From a virus, in IMG/VR virus record IMGVR_UViG_3300045988_143931, positions 32,001 to 96,000 of that record: a stretch of DNA of 64,000 nucleotides. One strand, 5' to 3'. Of this stretch, positions 60,052-64,000 are shown in pieces. How positions within the stretch are numbered: the first letter of the stretch is position 1; the number at the start of each line of letters is the position of its first letter. The notes under the pieces are model-generated. The model made no database searches. It saw only the letters and a list, made by a program, of their open reading frames with translations, and was not told where the DNA came from. A program made the position numbers and the translations under genes.

Positions 60052-61026
60052 ATGGAACAAAAAGAATTAAAAATCGATCCTGAATTAAGGGATTTATTAC
60101 CACCACTTACTGATGATGAGTACAAACAGCTCGAAAAAAATATTGTAGAAAATGGATTTGATAAAAATTTTCCTATTATGGAATGGCATGGATTCATTGT
60201 GGATGGACACAATCGCTATTCTATCTGTAAAAAACACAATATTGAGTACGTTGTTGGTACTCTTGGGTATGAGACGAAGGATGAAGTTATGGAATGGATG
60301 TTGGATATCCAACTTGGCAGACGCAACTTATCTCCTATTCAAAGAATTGCTGTGGCTGAAAAGTATCGACCTATTTATGAAAAGCAAGCAAAAGAAAGAC
60401 AGGCTACTTCAACTGGTGGAGCTAATCCACAGCTTACACCAAATCTGGTGGAAGCTGACAAAACTAATAATCGTTCAGAAAATGAAACCAATTCAAAGTT
60501 GGCTAAAATTGCAAATGTTGGAAAAGAAACTTATAGACAAGCAAAACGTGTTCTTGATTCAAATAATGAAGAACTTAAGAATCGTGTTTTATCAGGTAAA
60601 ACTTCTATTAGTGCTGGCTATAAAGAATTACAGAATGAGAAGAAAAAAGAACAAATATCTGATAATAAAGATAGAGAATATAATACTGAACCACCAACCA
60701 CACCCTCTCCTACTATTCAACCTTCTCAATCGTCTCAAAAAAATCAAGTTAGTGAAGAGGTAAGGCAAATATGCGAAGACCTTAAAACTGAAAAGTCAAA
60801 AGAATATCTTGATTCTATTTGGAATTACAAGATTGACATAATTGAATGTATGAATACTGGATTTGAAAGATTTTATGATGGATTTGTTAGTATTCTTAAT
60901 GATATGGAAAATCGTGTAACTAAATCAGAATTAGATGAATGCATTACCAATGCGGAGAATAATATAGCAAAACTATTAACCGCTATTGAATTAGCAAAAA
61001 AAATAACATTAAAAACGGAGGATTAG
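60052..61026 (+). CDS. ParB/Srx-fold N-terminal domain protein with C-terminal HTH-like region (324 aa)
   Basis: LLPPLTDDEYKQLEKNIVENGF..PIMEW.GFIVDGHNRYSICKKH is a typical ParB-N block. SD GAAAGGAAAG. Confidence 0.7.
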   Translation: MEQKELKIDPELRDLLPPLTDDEYKQLEKNIVENGFDKNFPIMEWHGFIVDGHNRYSICKKHNIEYVVGTLGYETKDEVMEWMLDIQLGRRNLSPIQRIAVAEKYRPIYEKQAKERQATSTGGANPQLTPNLVEADKTNNRSENETNSKLAKIANVGKETYRQAKRVLDSNNEELKNRVLSGKTSISAGYKELQNEKKKEQISDNKDREYNTEPPTTPSPTIQPSQSSQKNQVSEEVRQICEDLKTEKSKEYLDSIWNYKIDIIECMNTGFERFYDGFVSILNDMENRVTKSELDECITNAENNIAKLLTAIELAKKITLKTED

Positions 61027-61029
61027 ATA

Positions 61030-61875
61030 ATGAAATTAAAAGACTTAGTAAAAGGAACAAAAGTAACAGATAATAAGATTGCACATAAGGAAGTACCAAT
61101 TGATAAATTGGATGCAATGCTTAACTATCAGAGAGATATTGATATGAAACGTGTAGAAAAACTTAGTAGTGATGAATATTTTGATGAAAACGAAGTAGAT
61201 GAAGTAAAAGTTAGCGTTAGAGAAGATGGTTCTATGAAAGTATGTGATGGTCAGCATACTATTGCAATTTTAAAGATGAGAGGATGGACGACTGTACCGT
61301 GTGAACTTCGTTATGGTTTAACTATTGAGGAAGAGAATGATTGGTTTACCATAACTAATACAAAAGAAAAGCCACAGAATAGAAAACGCACACTTACATC
61401 TCAGATTAATGGTACATATGAAAAAAATAAGATTGAACAGGATTTTAATAATTGCATAAAAGCACTTGGCTTTAAGTTAGATATTTTTGGAGAAGAACCA
61501 GGAAATGATTATAAAATTAAGTGTCCTGCAAAACTATTAGATATGTATAAGGAATATTCGTCAAGAAATGACGTAGATGGCTTTATTGAATGTATGGATT
61601 TAGTCAAGGGCTGTTGGAATGGAAATTCAAAATCATTGCAGTGGAATTATATTAGGGGAATGTTTGACTTTTATGAAACATATAAAGGTATTTTTGACAA
61701 TAAGAGACTTATTACTTCTGTCGGGAAAAAATCCCCATCTATCATTAAAGAAATTGCAGATAATGATAAATATACAAAGAAACCATCTTTAAAATATGCA
61801 AAGATTTATGTAAATGAATACAATTCTGGTTTAAATAAGAACAAAAGATTAAAAATGTCCTTATTAGAAGATTAA
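61030..61875 (+). CDS. ParB/Srx-fold domain protein (281 aa)
   Basis: VPIDKLDAMLNYQRD...KVCDGQHTIAILK carries the DGQH(R/T) motif. Starts 4 nt after the previous gene. Confidence 0.6.
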   Translation: MKLKDLVKGTKVTDNKIAHKEVPIDKLDAMLNYQRDIDMKRVEKLSSDEYFDENEVDEVKVSVREDGSMKVCDGQHTIAILKMRGWTTVPCELRYGLTIEEENDWFTITNTKEKPQNRKRTLTSQINGTYEKNKIEQDFNNCIKALGFKLDIFGEEPGNDYKIKCPAKLLDMYKEYSSRNDVDGFIECMDLVKGCWNGNSKSLQWNYIRGMFDFYETYKGIFDNKRLITSVGKKSPSIIKEIADNDKYTKKPSLKYAKIYVNEYNSGLNKNKRLKMSLLED

Positions 61876-61894
61876 CATAGTGAGGTGATACGTC

Positions 61895-62680
61895 TTGCCA
61901 AACTATGTAAAAATTCCACGAGAAATCATCTATGATAAAGATCTCTCATCTAAGCGTGTAATAATCTTCTCATATCTTTGCACAAGACGTTCACTTGATG
62001 ACACGGTGGCATTTTCTACAACAGAACTTTGTCACTGGTCTAAACTGAAACCTAATTACAGAGATGGGAAAATAAATCAAAAATATTATGAAGTTCTATT
62101 ACTTCTCTCTCATTATGGATATTTTGAATCATGTCCTGATTTTGAGAAGTGTCTAAAAGAAAACACCAATTCGGTGAAATATCAGCAAGTACAACTAAAT
62201 ATTGAAAAATTCGATGTGCCTGATAATTTTGGAATCATTTATTTTGATGAATTGGATAAAATATTGAATTTTAAGGAAGAGTTAAAAGGTAAAAATATAG
62301 ACCTTGCGAGAATGTCATCTGCTTATATCTTACTCTTACTTTCCTATATTCGTGTCAATTTGAATCGTATAGAAGATAAACCCCTCTGTTGCTATCGGTA
62401 TTTCAAAACGATTTCAGAAGATATTGGACTTTCTGAGAGATATATAGGACGCATAGTTGATATTTTGGAAGAATTAAAAATTATAAAATGTCAACCTATG
62501 AAGAGAGAAAAATATATTAAAGATGGGAAAGAAAAATATTTAACTACTCCAAAGGTATTTGTTGATTATAGACATTTTATAAATGATGAGCATGGTCAAA
62601 GAATTGATAATAAATATGATCCATGTGAGGAAATCAAAAAACAAATAGAGATTTTGGAGAACAATAAGTTAAGAACATAA
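61895..62680 (+). CDS. putative replication initiator or winged-helix DNA-binding protein (RepA_N/DnaD-like, tentative)
   Basis: TTG start after GAGGTG. The N-terminus YVKIPREIIYDKDLSSKRVIIFSYL resembles RepA_N-type openings. A second wHTH-like segment is LSERYIGRIVDILEELKIIK. Confidence 0.35.
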   Translation: MPNYVKIPREIIYDKDLSSKRVIIFSYLCTRRSLDDTVAFSTTELCHWSKLKPNYRDGKINQKYYEVLLLLSHYGYFESCPDFEKCLKENTNSVKYQQVQLNIEKFDVPDNFGIIYFDELDKILNFKEELKGKNIDLARMSSAYILLLLSYIRVNLNRIEDKPLCCYRYFKTISEDIGLSERYIGRIVDILEELKIIKCQPMKREKYIKDGKEKYLTTPKVFVDYRHFINDEHGQRIDNKYDPCEEIKKQIEILENNKLRT

Positions 62681-62846
62681 AGAGATACTGCCACTTACGA
62701 CAATATCTCTTTACCATAAATTTGCGCAATGAGTGTTACACTAAACACTCTAATTTGCAGTGAGGCTTCTAATTCACTGGTGAATTATTGTTAAAAAAGT
62801 TACTATAAGAAATGAATACAATAGTAATTCACGTACCTACTATATC

Positions 62847-63008
62847 CTATTTCTTATATGATATGCCATTTTTCGTGATGGCGACACGTTCTTTTCCTGA
62901 AGTTACAAGTAGCTTCAATTCTTTATACCGTGTAAAACACTTAACACAATATTTAACAAGATTCAAAACTGCGATTATAACAGCTGGTGTAAGAATAATG
63001 ATTAGCAA
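62847..63008 (-). CDS. 53-aa hydrophobic ORF, hand-called (doubtful)
   Basis: TTG start 9 nt after AAAGGAGG. Product (M)LIIILTPAVIIAVLNLVKYCVKCFTRYKELKLLVTSGKERVAITKNGISYKK. It overlaps an equally doubtful plus-strand track ORF. Confidence 0.3.
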   Translation of the reverse strand: MLIIILTPAVIIAVLNLVKYCVKCFTRYKELKLLVTSGKERVAITKNGISYKK

Positions 63009-63323
63009 TATCTACAATCCTCCTTTCATAATAAGACACTATTAAAATAGGAAAGATTATAGATTTCACTATTTTTAATGTGCATAATCACACCTCCGTA
63101 CCTGATATAAGAATCAGTCGTGACTTTAGTTAATGAGTTACAAGTGTATATACACATCTTAATGATTATACCATATCAGTGAATTAGAACAAACCCTCAT
63201 ATTTTAATTTTTTAATAAAACCCTTTTGCAATAAGGGAATATATAAAAGTAACACATAAACCGTATCACACTATATATAAAGGAGCGATGATATGAACTA
63301 TTTAACAAGGAGAACAAATATTT

Positions 63324-63575
63324 ATGACAAAGGAAACAGAAAATCATGTAGCAAGAAGAACAATGGAACTTAAGAGAAAGAATAAGCTTGTATGCTATCC
63401 CAAGCTAGTCGAATCAGATTTCGGTGGCTGTGGAGTTAATATTGCCAGTCGTATAGCGGCAGATTTTAAGTTTGATGAAACCAAAAAGAGAGAATGTACA
63501 ACTAGAGATTATAACAAAAAGCTTAAGGCTTGTGAAGAAAGACAAAATTTAAAGGAGGAAGCGGTACATGCTTAG
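63324..63575 (+). CDS. hypothetical basic protein (83 aa)
   Basis: SD AAGGAGAA. ORF track. Confidence 0.6.
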   Translation: MTKETENHVARRTMELKRKNKLVCYPKLVESDFGGCGVNIASRIAADFKFDETKKRECTTRDYNKKLKACEERQNLKEEAVHA

Positions 63576-63906
63576 ATACGAAATTATTGCTAATGTTGGT
63601 ATTAGCGTAGACTTACATAATAATTACACAGTGGTTACCTTGGCAAAATGGAATAAAGAGAAAGAATCTTATTTAGCTACTTTCTACATTAAACAGACAG
63701 ATATTGACCATTTAGATCTTATGGATGACCAGATTGAAATAGAGTTTTCTTCTGAGATAAAAACAATCAAGAATGATTTAGTGAAATATATTGAAATGCT
63801 TATAGAAAGAGGAATTATTCAGAGATATATGGACAGATACAAATATGAACTTGATTGTATTGATAGAGGAACTGCTATGTTTGAGTTAGAGAGAAATGTT
63901 AAGTAA
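63568..63906 (+). CDS. hypothetical protein (112 aa)
   Basis: SD AAGGAGGAAG. Overlaps the previous gene by 8 nt. Confidence 0.6.
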   Translation: MLRYEIIANVGISVDLHNNYTVVTLAKWNKEKESYLATFYIKQTDIDHLDLMDDQIEIEFSSEIKTIKNDLVKYIEMLIERGIIQRYMDRYKYELDCIDRGTAMFELERNVK

Positions 63907-64000
63907 ATCAGATTATAGATATTTTAAAAAAGCTAAAATGGCTGCTACCATCTCGGATTATAAAAAAACACATATAGGGTGCATAGCCGTTTACCAAGGA
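63896..64000 (+). CDS. probable dCMP/cytidine deaminase-family protein, N-terminal 35 aa only (runs off the window end)
   Basis: MLSKSDYRYFKKAKMAATISDYKKTHIGCIAVYQG fits the YF..A...A..S.....vGaviv..G opening of ComEB/dCMP deaminases. Too short to be sure. Confidence 0.35.
   Translation, partial: MLSKSDYRYFKKAKMAATISDYKKTHIGCIAVYQG

Noticed and set aside
60152-60763. 203-aa plus-strand alternative frame inside the 60052 ParB-like gene, and the 60097-60312 minus-strand ORF.
   Set aside because: The 60052 frame carries the ParB motifs and an SD. The alternative frames are Lys/Leu-rich artefacts.
62812-63045. 77-aa plus-strand track ORF in the 62.7-63.3 kb gap.
   Set aside because: It has no SD and odd composition. 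It overlaps a minus-strand hydrophobic ORF that at least has an SD. Both are doubtful, and only the latter is listed, at low confidence.
1-64000. A search for CRISPR arrays, rRNA genes, transposase or IS elements, reverse transcriptases (retron, DGR), and structural or packaging genes.
   Set aside because: I saw no regularly spaced direct repeats, no rRNA-like sequence, no DDE, serine-recombinase or RT motifs, and no capsid, portal, terminase or tail signatures in any long ORF.

Overview
The window looks like the early or accessory arm of a large, AT-rich dsDNA phage or phage-plasmid. Strong GGAGG-type Shine-Dalgarno (SD) sites suggest a Firmicutes-like host. About 130 short, tightly packed and often translationally coupled genes run on the minus strand from ~56.4 kb down to base 1. 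A plus-strand block starts at 57.5 kb. The two blocks diverge across an unusual ~2.7 kb mostly non-coding zone (54.76-57.5 kb). No capsid, tail, terminase or DNA polymerase genes are recognisable. Recognisable content falls into these groups:
- RNA repair: a Pnk-HD end-healing enzyme and an Rnl5-like ligase, plus tRNA-Lys(UUU) and tRNA-Gln(UUG).
- DNA methylation: two methyltransferases, one an apparently circularly permuted C5-MTase.
- A TARG1-like macrodomain protein.
- A radical SAM enzyme next to two paralogs that share a conserved N-terminus.
- A membrane module: a NitT/TauT-type ABC transporter, a PspA-like protein, a substrate-binding protein (SBP) fused to an OmpA-like domain, and an SPFH protein.
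- Regulation: a sigma-like factor and an XRE regulator.
- Toxins: MazF and HicA, each with a non-canonical partner.
- Mobility and maintenance: two tyrosine recombinases, a RadC-like protein, an AP2-domain protein, an HNH nuclease, four ParB/Srx-fold proteins (one of them DUF262) and a Rep-like winged helix-turn-helix (wHTH) protein behind an iteron-like repeat array.
My best candidates for something undescribed are:
- the 1.25 kb ORF-free, GC-enriched, hairpin-dense block capped by a tRNA-like minihelix (54760-56018);
- the adjacent ~0.8 kb G-depleted tract;
- the phage-borne ABC/PspA/OmpA operon;
- the permuted C5-MTase;
- the MazF-first module.
All functional calls come from motif reading by eye. 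No database search was run.
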